From Callorhinchus milii (Eukaryota): DNA of 64,000 nucleotides. The position numbers and the translations under genes are program-made. Positions 48,351-60,640 of this stretch are shown one piece after another. The stretch's first letter is position 1; the number at the start of each line of letters is the position of its first letter. The DNA lies in contig NW_024704743.1 in assembly GCF_018977255.1 (NCBI RefSeq), positions 9,984,001 to 10,048,000 on the forward strand, in the 5' to 3' direction. A model generated the notes under the pieces. It worked only from the letters and a program-made list of their open reading frames with translations. It was not told the origin of the DNA and did no database searches.

Positions 48351-49189
48351 ATAAGCTTGATCATGGAAAGGAACCTTTCAACCTAGTTAATAATCTATCA
48401 AATACCAAACATAATTCAAAATAAATACAGAGCTAAAATGCTGCTAAACCGCATCTAAAAATCTCACTGTACATAGATTACTGCAAACAGCCTTGCGACA
48501 GATAAATACACTTTCTATCCTTGTCCCTGAATGTTTCAACTGTAGGTTGCTAGCAGGATACAGGCAGACGAGAAATTGTCAAACCAATGTTTATCAGTGC
48601 TCAAAAGTGTTTCGGCACCAGTCAGCTTTCTCTGCATCCAAATTCCACACTAATAACCTGTGTTTAGTTACTAACTCTTACTGACAAGGAAGTCTCAACA
48701 TGTTCACTTAATACGTTTTCTCCAGATAATTGGAAAAAGTAAATGTATGGAATCGTGATGTGCTGTGAAAGCCTTTTATTGGGCTTTTGCAAATACAATA
48801 TTGTTTGACTTTCAAAGTAATTAATTCAACAGGCATTTTATTTATAAACTTTTTGTGCCACGAGACAGTGTTGGAAACTATTTTGGTTGGAATGAAAATG
48901 AATGCGCTCCGAAATGCTACTCTGTGTGAAGGGCACTATATAAATGCGCTTCATTTATATTATATCACAGTGTACGCTGTAAAGCGCTTTGAGAATCTCA
49001 AATGCAAGGATTATTATATTATCTTATACATAAATGCAAGTTGTTGTTTTAGGCTTGTGTGATTTCTGAAATAAATGATGTCACCTGGCATTCCATAGTT
49101 GCTTCCACCCAATCAGGGATCAGTTAAGCACTTTGACATGAAAGAGACTATTAAAATATCAATTTTATTGTGTCTTTTTGTATTTTATT

Positions 49190-49360
49190 TTTGGTTACTC
49201 AATCCATGACTGTTTGTGGGACACTGCTGTGCACAATTGGCTGCCGCATTTCGCTCACAAAATATACAGTCAATTCACTGTACAGTATATTCTGTGAAGC
49301 GCTTTGAGACGTCTCAAAGACGTGATAAGTCGCTATATCAAATGCAAGGATTATTATTAG
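49190..49360 (+). mobile_element. Young SINE 3' half
   Basis: caatccatgactgtttgtgggacac...aaatgcaaggattattatt. Confidence 0.9.
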
Positions 49361-50914
49361 TTATAGTATTATTTTTCACATTTCTAAAAGTGCTTTACTT
49401 TTCTTTGGTCAGCTGAGTGACTGACACCTGCGGACGCCCAGCACCATGCTTAAGAGGATCCAGACCAGAATGAGAGTTCTACCCAAGCATGCCACTATTA
49501 TTAACTTTTAAAATATCAATGTAACTTTTTGGGTGTATAAAAGTGACACAGCCCTTGAATTCAAATAAAAAATAATAATCATTGTATTTGATATATTGTT
49601 GCGCTTCTCATATCAGGAGATGTCCCAAAGAGTTTGACAGGATTTACAAAAAAAGAAAGGTTTATTATGACTACCGCAGACTTCCCTCATTTCTGACAAG
49701 CCCTCTCTACTCCAGACTTCCCTCACTTCTCAAGCCTTATTGGAGTCTAGCCCTTGTTAGATTCATTTGCTCCTAGGTTGAGTGCCAATATCCCCTTCAG
49801 TACATTTCACTTCTGTAAAGCGCTTTGAGATGTCTTGGCGACATTTTCGCGCTATATAAAATGCAACGATAATTATTATTATTAACAAGGTCAGTGTTAC
49901 TTTCCACTTATACGAGTCCTTTGTGCAACACTACATTAATCGTTCTTTTGCCTCTCTGGCTGGTGTTGAACTTTCCCAGATATCAGTGAAGATTTGGCAG
50001 TCTAAAATGATAGCTATGAATTTTTCTGTGCTCTGGAATCTGCCCTACAGTATAAACGTGATACAAGCAGCACAGGGTACAGAACATTCTGGTTGAAGGA
50101 GTTCTGAAACACACATACCTTAAGAGAGATCCTTTGTAAGAAAGGAAACGTGAGGGAAAAACAGTGACTCTGAGAGAAGAGGAGGCAATTATTTATGATT
50201 CTAGAGAGTAAATCTGGTGCCCATTAACAGCAGCTAATCATAACAAGAATCAGCCACCGACATTATGAAAAATGAACTGTATATGTGGGACAAAGGAAGT
50301 CTGCTACATATCCACTTCACTGTGCAGCAGAGTGTAAACAGTGTTGATCAGTGGCACAAACCGGGACTCCAAGTACTTCCCGTTTTATATTTTGTTTATA
50401 GCATGAGAGGAATTAAATGAACATTGTTTGGTATTTGAAAGAAAAATACTGTGGGTGGGGAGGTTTCACGATATATACAATATACAGAATATGGTGAACT
50501 AGATATATATATGGTGAACTAGATATATCTATTTATATATAGATGTATAAATATATATATGTTTTCACCATATGCAATTGCAAGAATTACTGTTATATGT
50601 TGTGTGGTGCTGTGTCATGTGATATTTATCTCAGGTGATGATCATCCACAAAGTACACAGTGACATCAGGCACAGGTTGAGTCACCGTACAGTCTCCTAA
50701 ATTCACCACGATCAACATCATTTTTGTTATTGATGTCATGCTAAAACTATTAGCTATAAAACATTTATTTGACTACGCTTTCTGTCATCTTTCCTCTCTC
50801 CAGTCCCATCACTCCAAACTCCAGCTCAGGTGCAAAGGAAGGGCTGTGAAGTGCCTATGAAGTTTCCTGCTGATGTGAAATACGCTATATAAATGTAAAA
50901 TTGGATTGTATTTC

Positions 50915-51690
50915 ATAAGAACATAAGAATTTGCTAGGCGAAAGAAGACCAAGGTTCATCTAGGTCGCCTTCCACCATCCTGGCAGTTGCTGACATGTCG
51001 TGTCCCAAACTATACACTGAATCTATCCTGAGATATTATTTTTTAGCAGAAATCTGTCTAATTTGCTCTTGTAACAAGTTACATTTTCTGCTTCCACTGT
51101 CCCTCTAGGGAGCCTGTTCCTTAAGTTTACTGCTTGCTCACTGAAGTAGTGTTTCCACAGATTTACTTTGAATTTACTTTAGTAGTAGGTCATGTCCTCT
51201 GTTCAGTAAAAGATAAAACAGCTTATCATGGTCTACATTATCTAGTCCCTTCCGAATCTTAAAGACAGTAATCATATCGCCCCTCAACCTTCTCTTCTCC
51301 AGTGTGACCATGCCCAGTTTATCTAATTGCTCCTCGTAGTCCAGTCCCTCCATCCCCTCAATCATTCCGGTTGCCCTCCTCTGTATCCACTCAATAGCTG
51401 CAATATCCTTTTTCTATTGCGGTGACCAGAACTGCATTCGGTATTCCAAGTGCGGTCACACCAGTGATTTGTAAAGTAGCAGGATTACCCCACTATTTTG
51501 ACTCAATATTGCTCTTTTAATACAGCGTAGCATCTGGTTTGCCTTACTGACTGCTACCGAGCTTCAATTTATTATCAATCAGTATCCCCAGGTCCTTTTC
51601 ATTTTCCATACAGATTATTTTCTTACCATTTAAATAATAGTCCCTTCCTGGATTTTTTGTCCCCATGTGGAACACTTTACATTTCTCTAC
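50915..51690 (-). mobile_element. CR1 3' fragment
   Basis: MIEGMEGLDYEEQLDKLGMVTLEKRRLRGDMITVFKI; cataagaacataagaa tail. Confidence 0.9.
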
Positions 51691-51749
51691 TCAATTCAGT
51701 CAGAAACAATCCCTATGACACATGCAATATTGTTTTCAAATATTGTGCC

Positions 51750-52215
51750 TCTTACAAGGGACCACAGCCTTAAAATCAGAGCCCAATACAGTTAGACCCG
51801 AGGTCAGGGAGAATTTCTTCACACAGTGAGTTGTGAAATTGTGGAATGCTCTGCCTCAGAAAGCTGTAGAGTTGGAATCAATGCGGATGTTTAACAGAGA
51901 AATAGACAGGTATATTACAATTAAAATACAATTTATAATAGTACAGTGCCTTTCATGTAGGCAAGATGCATAAAAACAAACTCAAAGATAAATAGGTAGC
52001 AGAGATAGAAATGGGTATGGGAAAAGGGTGGAGGATAGGGATTATAAGATATGATAAAATCAAATAAACTGACTCAACAGCAACAACAACAATAACAACA
52101 ACAACTTGGATTTATATAGCGCCCTCCACTCCGAACGGCGTCTCAGAGCGCTTGACTCAAAAGACTTGATGGACTAAAGGTTCTCCTCCTGTTCTTATTT
52201 TCCTATGTTTCTATG
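51750..52215 (+). mobile_element. CR1 3' end with small nested L2-tail pieces
   Basis: acaagggaccacagccttaaaatcaga, ttcttcacacag..ttgtggaatgctctgcct; tail ttcttattttcctatgtttctatg. Confidence 0.7.
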
Positions 52216-52769
52216 CCATTTTTCCAGTTCTTTTTCGTGCTGGAGCTCCAATCCACCATTTAATTCCTTGTATTAATTTGAGACAAAACATGGTTGGTGA
52301 ATCTTCTGGTTTGCAAGTCTTTTTTCAGATTGTGTCTACAAACTTTCCTTAATTATGTATTCCCAGCACTTTCTCTCGCTCCCAACGGAGTTGACACAGA
52401 ATTATTCTGACAGATGTACTGCAACTTTATAACTGCAAGTTTAGCCAGAATTTGTTCCAGATATTGCGTTATTACATTCATGATTTTTATTAACTAAAGA
52501 TTGGCAAGAATGGGACATCTCAATGAGGGCATTGGATAGCTTTTAAACAGTTTTAGCCTAATAAAAGCAGTAAAGAGACAGTAGGAGTGAAAGTCAGTAA
52601 ATGTACAGGCCTTGGTGAGAACATCTTATTCTCAGCTTGTCTGTCAATAGAAGGAGTTTGTTGGCTTGAGTTTATGTTAGTTACATATGTTTGACTTGCT
52701 CACAATTTGGAAGATGTGATGAATAGTGCAATATTCAGAACGCAATACTCGATGAACACTTGTCTGTTT

Positions 52770-52995
52770 GATGCCCCCCACCCTCTCAGCGGGAGGCTTT
52801 CAGCTATTCTGCCCCTTTCTCTGGAACTCCACCCAAAGTCCCCTTGATTTGTTCAGTCCCTCCCCTCTTTCAGGGCACATCTCAAAACTTACCTAGTTGA
52901 CCACACGTTTTGGGTGACCATCCATCACCGTGAAGTGCTTTGAGATGTCCTCCTAACATGAAAGATGCTATATAAGTGCCATTTGTGCTGTATTG
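52770..52995 (+). mobile_element. Old L2 3' end
   Basis: ggaggctttcagctattctgccc..ctctggaactc, gagatgtcctcctaacatgaaagatgctatataa. Confidence 0.7.
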
Positions 52996-53734
52996 TAATA
53001 TTACTTTATAGAAATAAAACAAAAGTAACCAGCTATGACTTACTTATTATGGTTTTGGCTTGCAGAGTTCAGAACATGTTCATAGCTCCAAGTGCTATTG
53101 ATAAGCCAGACAGTCTGGCCAGCTATTAACAGTTGTTTGGTTCGCTACGAATATGCTTTGCTTTGCCAAGTTCAGCCGCAGCCGTGTTGACCTGTTTCAG
53201 GAGACTAGGAAGGCTAAGGTTCTCCATTCTGTTTCTATTGGCTTTTGCAACTGAATCTCAATTCCCTCTGTTGGGATAGCCAAATAGAATTCAACATGTT
53301 GTTTGTTTGTGTGAAATTGCTAGGTTACCAGAGAATTAAGTTAACCTAGCACCTTTACACACATGCATTGTATGTAAATAATGTTAGAAACTTTGCATGC
53401 AATTGTGTACATGTGTAGATCTGTATTTGTGACTTTAGAAACTCAACCCCAACTACCAACTATCTTCTCTCTCTCCCCCACACACCCCCACCCCACCACT
53501 TCCTGCCCTTGACTTCACCACAGTAGAATATGCTCTTGTGGGTTTTACTGAAAGAAAAGAAAAGGTTGCCAGACACAAAACTGAGCTAGTGTTTGAAGAT
53601 CAAAGTCACGTTACCAAATTACAATAATGGAATGAACAGATGTGAATGGACACAAATGGACTTAAATATAACAGATTATGTGTATATAATATATTAATGA
53701 ATATAACAAATTATCTATATAATACATAAGTGCT

Positions 53735-54055
53735 GGGGGCGTGTTGCATTGTCAGAGGTCCGTCTTTCGGATGAGACGTTAATCCTGTCTGCCTGTTCAG
53801 GTGGACGTTAAAGATCACATGGCAGTATTCAAAACAACAAGCAAGTTTCTTCTGGTGTTCTGGCCAACAGTCCCTCAAATAAAATTGGTCACTAACTACA
53901 TGGCTGTTTGTGGGACATTGCTGTGCACAATTGGCTGCTGCGTTTCGCTAACAAAATACACAGTCAATCAGCTTTACAGTATATGCCGTGAAGTCCTTTG
54001 AGACGTGTCGATGACCTGAAAGGCACTATATAAATGTAAGAATTTTTATTATTAT
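53735..54055 (+). mobile_element. Deu-domain SINE
   Basis: cgtctttcggatgagacgttaa, ttcaggtggacgttaaagatcacatggca, ctgtttgtgggacattgctgtgcacaattggctgc. Confidence 0.85.
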
Positions 54056-54349
54056 CTTATTATCTAGAGGAGAATTGGGATTCTTTCAATGTTTGAAAAT
54101 TTGGGAACAATTGCAAGCAAAAGCTTTGACATACAGATAATAAAAACAATAAACCATTTAAGTGGAAATGATTCCAGATAATATCACAAGATCACAAGTT
54201 TGGTTTGGACGAAGAAGACCCTTCAAACCATTTGTTTACATCCTTCCAGAACATCCAATTGTCTTCCAATCACACCATCAGGCTGATTTTTAAATGAATC
54301 ACCCTTCTTGACAAATAAAAAGAGAAATGAAAATAGATGCTATTTGTTT

Positions 54350-54770
54350 AGGTCATGCAGAAACCCCATCACCATGCTTAAGAGTATCCAAACCAAACTG
54401 AGAGTTCCATGAATCTCACCTATACATGGAGATTCCAGGAATGTTTATTGGAATGTAATGTGCATTCTCTCTCTGGAGGGACACATCCTGGTTAACCTAA
54501 TTCTGGAAAGTATTAGGCACAGGTTGGCAAGAGCCAAGGCTTGGGGCCCCAAAAGTGTGTGTTGGGGTCTTGTTGGAAATCAACTAAAACCACACAGCTT
54601 GTCATTGACAATACTGCCTGGCAAGGTTGCCTGCTGCTTGCCCAGGTCGGACCATTCTGCCCGTTAGGGCTTTGGCTTGGCTTGCAGGGTTAACAGGAGC
54701 TGAGTGGGAAAAGTCCCTGCCCCCAGTTACTGGTCTGCCCTTCGAAGTCCTGCTGATGAGTCATGCCCTA
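54350..54770 (-). repeat. Element X, copy 6
   Basis: cccatcaccatgcttaagagtatccaaacc, cctaattctggaaagtattagg, gcagggttaacaggagctgagtggg. Confidence 0.88.
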
Positions 54771-55627
54771 AATGGATGTTATATAATAATACAAAATGTT
54801 ATAACTGCATTGAGTTCTGTACAATACTGAACTAACTGTCAATATGATTTCCTATTAATGATCATGTAGATATGGTAATGCTAAATCGCTTCTTCAATAA
54901 ACAAAAATGTTAATGTTATTGCTTTTTCAACAAACCATGACTGTTTTCTCAGGCACTCTCTGCCTTTATAGAATGGGCAGCTGTATACAGTATTGAACCC
55001 AATCATGCAGTTCCTTGGGTGACTGTAACTGACAGGTGTGACTCTATAATACCTTTTGTATGTACCTTTTCATGGAATACAATGTTTTCAACAAGCAAAT
55101 AAAAACCTTTCCATCTAACAGGGTCACTGAACTATTTTATTCTCCCACTGAAAACAGTAGTCGCAGGCCACAAATAGCGTGGTAGTCAGACAAACGCTAC
55201 TTTTCTCTTACTGAATTGTTAAAATTTGGCAGTTAAAACCCAAAGCACTTGTTACAGATTAGCTTAGTTGTGTTCTCAGGATCATGAATAAGCAAACATG
55301 CAAAAGTTACTCTTCCCTGGCCCGGATATTGTTTCCCTGTTTTCTCTTGTTTCCATAATTTTCTGTAGGCAAGCACATTTGGATGTGTTATAAATCACTT
55401 AATTGGTGGGGCCTGTGGTGAACCTAGGAACAGGAGTTGTTGAATTGGGGATGGGGTCATGAAAAATAAAATGGAAAAACTAAAATCTTATCCCTTACAA
55501 CTTACACCTTCAATGTTCTTCATATTAAACCGTACCACTGTTAAGTGCTACAAGATACTACTCGCACTCGCACTACATACATGCAAGTTGCTGTTCTTCC
55601 CTTTTCTCCTGAAGGTGTTTGACTCGT

Positions 55628-55660
55628 TTTTCCTTTAATGATCATGTCATTAAAGGAAAA
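55628..55660. repeat. Perfect 14-bp inverted repeat with 5-nt loop, inside an AmnSINE2-like 3' end (55598-55730, minus)
   Basis: ttttcctttaatga-tcatg-tcattaaaggaaaa. Confidence 0.9.
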
Positions 55661-55734
55661 TCAGACAGTATAGAACCATTCAAGATATTGGGGTCCGGGT
55701 TCCCCAGGAGACGCTTTGCCCTCTGGTATTGGGA

Positions 55735-56090
55735 AGTCTTAGAGGGACCTTGTAGAAGTACACAAAATTTTAAATGGGATTGAAAAAGTAAACTCAGAAC
55801 TGTACTTTAGGATGCTCTAACACAGTAGAACCAAGGGATGTAGATTTACAATTGTAAAAAGAGAATTTCGAAGGAATTAATTCACGTAGAAGATAGTGGA
55901 ACTCGCTACCTAAAACAATGGTTGAATCAGACAGTATAGATGCATTCAAGAGGAAGCCAGACCTTCCTTCACATGATCCCTATGTTGGGGGGTGGAGAAG
56001 TAAAGAATGGGTGGAGTATAATACCATCACAGACTCATTGGGCCAAGTGGCCTGTTTCCATGCTCTACATTCTTGGTAAATCTTTGTAAA
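55735..56090 (+). mobile_element. Decayed CR1 3' end
   Basis: LRGTL.EVHKILNGIEKV-like sequence, agaaccaaggg, gggccaagtggcctgtttcc. Confidence 0.7.
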
Positions 56091-56329
56091 CCTTTGCAAA
56101 TAACAGAACAGATACCAAGAAGTTTTTCTTTACCCAGAGCGTGGTTAGCAACTGGAACATGCTGTTAGGAAGGGTGGTAGAGGCCATAACTTAATGATAT
56201 GAGCTGTAAGATATCCGACTGCAGAGATAGGCAAGATTCTCCGCTTCCCCAACCTCCATTCAGGCACCTTCCTGCAGAGGACTCTGGATGGCAAAAAGAA
56301 ACTGTCTAGTAATTTGTCGACCAGTATCC

Positions 56330-57835
56330 TCCTTGAGGATGGGGTAAGCAGGGTAAGCGGGGTGTCCTCGGAGCTAATATTGGTTCAAGTGACATGCTTG
56401 GCAATAGAATGTCATAATCGAGTCAACACTCTGGGCAGTTTTGGTAGTGTGGTTCCTGAGCCAGGTGAGTATAGAGTACTCCAGGGCATCAATGATGATA
56501 GCTCAGCCAACCTAGCTCTTCAGCAAGACTTGCAAAGGCAGACCAGCCAGCCTGGTTCATTAATAGGACTTGGAAGGGAAGACTGGGGGCAAGGATTCTT
56601 CCCACTCAGCTCCTGTTAACAACAACAACAAGATTACATTTGTATTGTGCCTTTCACGTTGGGAGGATGTCCCAAGGCGCTGGACAGAGTACAGCATTTC
56701 AGACCCGAGCTGGGGTCAGGGCGGGAGAAGGGAGCGGAAGGGAAGGAGGGTGGCCGATGGCATGGTTGAAGAGGAGGGTTTTGAGGTGGAACTTTAAGAA
56801 GACTAAGGAGGAGGCGAGGTGGATTGATTAGGGGATGGAATTCCAGAGGTTGGGGGCAGAGTGGCTGAAGGCTCTCCCGCCAATGATGGGGCGGGTGGGT
56901 CGGGGGATGTGGAGCAGGCCGGAGCCGACTGAGTGGAGGGAGCGGGTGGGTTGGTAGGGGGTTAGGAGGTCACAGAGGTAGGGTGGGGCGAGGCCATGGA
57001 GAGCTTTGTAGGTGAAGACTGGGATCTTCAACTGGATCCTCTGAAGGATAGCGAGCCAATGGAGTTGGGTGAGAATGAGGGAAATGTGGTCATGGAGTTT
57101 GGTGCGGGAGAGGACACGGGCTGCAGAGTTCTGGATTATCTGCAGCCTGTGGAGGGAGGAGTTGGGAAGACCGACAAGCAGGGAGTTTGTATAGTCGAGC
57201 CTGGAGGTGATGAAGGTATGAACAAGAGTTTCAGCGGCCTGAGGGGTGAGGTAGTGGCGGAGTCGGACAATGTTACGGAGGTGAGGAAAGGCAGAGCGGG
57301 TCATGGCTTGGATGTGGGGGAGAAAAGACAGTTGAGGGTCGAACAAGACACCTAGGTTCATGACTGGCTTGGTGAGTTGAAGTGTGCAACCATGGAGGTT
57401 GATGTTTCCAGAGCCTGAGGGGCAGAGGTGCTGGTGCGAGCCAATCAGGAAGGCCTCAGTCTTGTTCACATTCAATTGTAGGAAACTGTAACCTTGCAAG
57501 CGTAAGCCCTAACAGTTATGACTAACAGTTAGGTAGGCCCTAGTTGGACAAGCAGCAGGAAAGCTTCCCAGACATTGCTTTCAATGGCAAGCAATGCAGT
57601 TTAACTGTCTAAACTCCAGCAGAACCTCAGCACAGACTCTGGGGTCTCTAAGCATTGCCAACCTGCGCCTAATACTTTCTAGAATTAAATAAGCAGAGTG
57701 CTTCCCTTCAGGGAAAGAATGCACATTCTCTTCCAGACACAGGGATATAGCAATGTGTAGGTGGCATACACATCTGGAACTCTCAATCTGGTTTGGATGT
57801 TGTTTAGCACCTGGCTGGCTGACCAAAAAATAAAA
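56330..57835 (+). repeat. Element X, copy 7 (near full length), split by L2
   Basis: ...cccactcagctcctgttaac [L2] ctgtaaccttgcaagc...ctggctgaccaaaaaataaaa. Confidence 0.85.
56621..57486 (-). mobile_element. L2 3' fragment with an open 223-aa frame
   Basis: FLQLNVNKTEAFLIG, NLGVLFD, SRLDYTNSLL, LHWL, GGRAFSHSAPNLWNSIP; (AAC)n tail. Confidence 0.95.
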
Positions 57836-57879
57836 TTGTTGAAATTTGGTGCAATCTGAAATGTTAAGAAAAATCATTT

Positions 57880-58040
57880 AAGGCTAAATCCCAGTGGAAT
57901 TTCTTGACCCAGGAGCAGTATCCTTGGCTGATATATCCTCTCACAGGTCCTGAGTGAAGTGATCCTTCCTGGCTGCTCTGGCTAAGGTCATCTGAGGTTT
58001 GCACCTACGACAATACTTTCTGTATAGTCTAGTCCTGCCC
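57880..58040 (-). mobile_element. AmnSINE2-like fragment (very decayed)
   Basis: caggagcagtatccttggctga..ctgctctggctaaggtcatct. Confidence 0.45.
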
Positions 58041-59194
58041 GAGCATTTAAGCTTATTTTAAATGTTTGAAATTATTTAGTTAGAGAATTTCCCTTTCCCC
58101 TTCCCCAACCATGTACTTTCCGTGCACTGTAAATGAGAAACTACAAAGTTGTTGGTTCTTTGAGAATTTTTTTTTTCCCTTTTTGCAAAGGCAGATTGAA
58201 ATCCTCAGCAACACTGGGTAATTAATAACTGTAGGGCAAAGATGAAAACCTGCATTCCAGCAAGGTTGTCCCAGCCACATTTGTTTTTTCCTCAAAACAA
58301 AGTGACAAAAAGAGAATGGGATAATCATTTTTGGCCGGCAGACAGATGTCAGAAGATAAATTCCATTCACCGACCATTCAGACGCTGTGCATCACATTTT
58401 GTTTGCCACTATTCAGGTGCCACAGACCGTGGTAACAAAGAGACCTTTCAGCTAATTTTACTATTTGATTGCACCCTGAGTTGCTTAAAGAGATGAGGTG
58501 AAACCACAGAGCTCTACAAGGTCTGGAATTTGCACTTTATGTACCTGTTTATTCTGCATGGTGGTAACATTATAAGGTTATAAGGGGAGCCTTAGCACAC
58601 TATACCTTTCTTGTGCAAACAAGTCCCAACCAATATTTCCAGTCTTACTCAGGAAAGGGTTGAGAGTGCGAGCAAGGAACATCTTAAGTAATGTGCATTG
58701 CAGATCTCCTCTTTGGAGTCCAGGCAAGCCTGACAAGCTTTGGAGCTAGTTTACCTGGAGGCGAAATATATATTTGTACTTTCCTGATTGTGCTGTCAGT
58801 CAAAGCAGTACATTCTTATTAAGGAAATAACCTGTTTGGCTCCTAATTTTGTTCATTAATCAGGAACATTTGTTGGCAGGAACTGACACTAAAATGTTAG
58901 CAATACATGGTAATTTCGAAATGCTTCATATGTTCTTGAGTGCGATGGAAAGTGAATATAATATATATACTGTATTTGCAAAGGTTGCTTTTTTCACAAG
59001 TGCAAATGAACCATAGCACACGAGTACTCCATGCACCAGCAAATAATGGAGGTTTTTCTGACAACGAGAGAACAATTCTATTTACATTGGGCACGGGTAG
59101 GCTACGGTTAAGATAGCTTTGATTTTTCTCATGTGTTTTATTCATTAACCAGGATTATTTGTTGAGTTGAATTGACATTGAAACATTAGCGTAC

Positions 59195-59415
59195 AAAAGG
59201 GAGTTTCTCCCGGTGTCTTGGCCAAACAATTGCCCTGATAAAATTGGTCGCTCACTTCACAGCTGTTTCTGGGACACTGCTGTGTGGAAATTGGCTGTTG
59301 CATTTGCCTAGAAATACACAATCACCTCACTTTATAGTAAATCCTTTGACGTACTTTAAGATGGTTCAATGATGTGATGAGGTGCTGTCTCAAATGCAAG
59401 GAGAATATTATTGTT
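59195..59415 (+). mobile_element. Deu-domain SINE 3' part
   Basis: gggagtttctcccggtgtcttggcca, ctgtttctgggacactgctgtgtggaaattggctg. Confidence 0.75.
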
Positions 59416-59819
59416 ATTATACCATATAAACAATTGCATTGGTTGCACCAGGGCGATTGTCACATTTGGGACTTTTATACCTTAAAAGCTCTTAAAATAA
59501 TTTCACATTTGTATAGGCGCCTAAAAATAAACATATGCATCATGCTTTTATGAGATACAAATTTTGTTTTCACTGAGAAAGTAACAATAGAATGGGATTT
59601 ACTGTGGGATAACAGGTACCTGGCTGTGTGCCTACAGAGTTGTAATTCAGGTCCTCAAGATTTCACAAATGACAAGAGTAACACTGAGTAGTTTGTGAAC
59701 ATGAAAGAATCTCCCTTGTTCATTACAACCAGAAACTGATTACCAGGAAGTTTTTATTAAAAGAATTCCTGCTGCTTTTTTCTCCCCCTCAAACTTATTC
59801 TTTTCCATAACATATCAAT

Positions 59820-60400
59820 TCCCTATTTGGTAAAAGCTGTGTAATGGCACTGAAAGGGAGCTAGAGCCAAGCTAACATGATCCTGCCTTCATCCAATGCT
59901 CACCTCCATCTGGGTTTGCTAGATTAATCTTGTTCTTTGAATGAGACCTTAGACTGACGTCCTGTCTGCCTGTTCAGGTGGACAACATAGATCTGATGGC
60001 ATGACTCGAAAATAGAAGGGAGTTTCTTTCAGTGTCCCGGCCAGCAATCATGCAGAAATTTTTTTTTGGTTATCACTTCATAGCTGATTTGGGACATTGT
60101 TATACACAAATTGGTTGCCGCGTTTACCCACAAAATACACAGCCAATTCATTTTACAGTAAAATCCTGTGAAGCGCTTTAAGATATTTCAACAATATGAT
60201 GAGGCGCTATATCGAATATAAGGATTATTGTTATTATATGAATGATAATAAGGAGTTGGAAGCCTGGATGACATTTTGGTCTCTAACCCAGATGTAAATT
60301 GCAGTGTTCTTAATGCTGCCCGAGCTGAGCGGATCCAACTCATCACTGCCAAGGGATTGATCCTGGGAACCTTCTTGATTGAGTAAGTCTTCAGGTATTG
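59820..60400 (-). mobile_element. AmnSINE2-like copy interrupted by a plus-strand Deu SINE (~59930-60236)
   Basis: Reverse complement aagaaggttcccaggatcaatccc..tgagttgg..ctcagctcgggcagca; nested ttcaggtggac..gtgtcccggccagc..aaggattattg. Confidence 0.65.
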
Positions 60401-60640
60401 ATGTGCAGGTTACACCAATCACTGATATGACTGCAAGTTTTTATTGCATGCGTGGGTGCGAAGTTTTNACTAGATACATGATCTATCCAAGAGTGTGACT
60501 GCAAAATTGCAAGGTGGGAGAGATCTCATCCAAGTTATTAACGTAATCAAAGACAGAAGCACGCACGGATATCCACAATGGCTTTGAGTTGTTCCCAGTT
60601 AATGTGGATATTGAGCTCTCTCGTGCACTCTCTGCTGTAA

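Noticed and set aside
50491..50572. atatggtgaa / ttcaccatat inverted repeat with a 20-bp tandem duplication
   Set aside because: Embedded in (TA)n low-complexity DNA, where self-complementarity is expected
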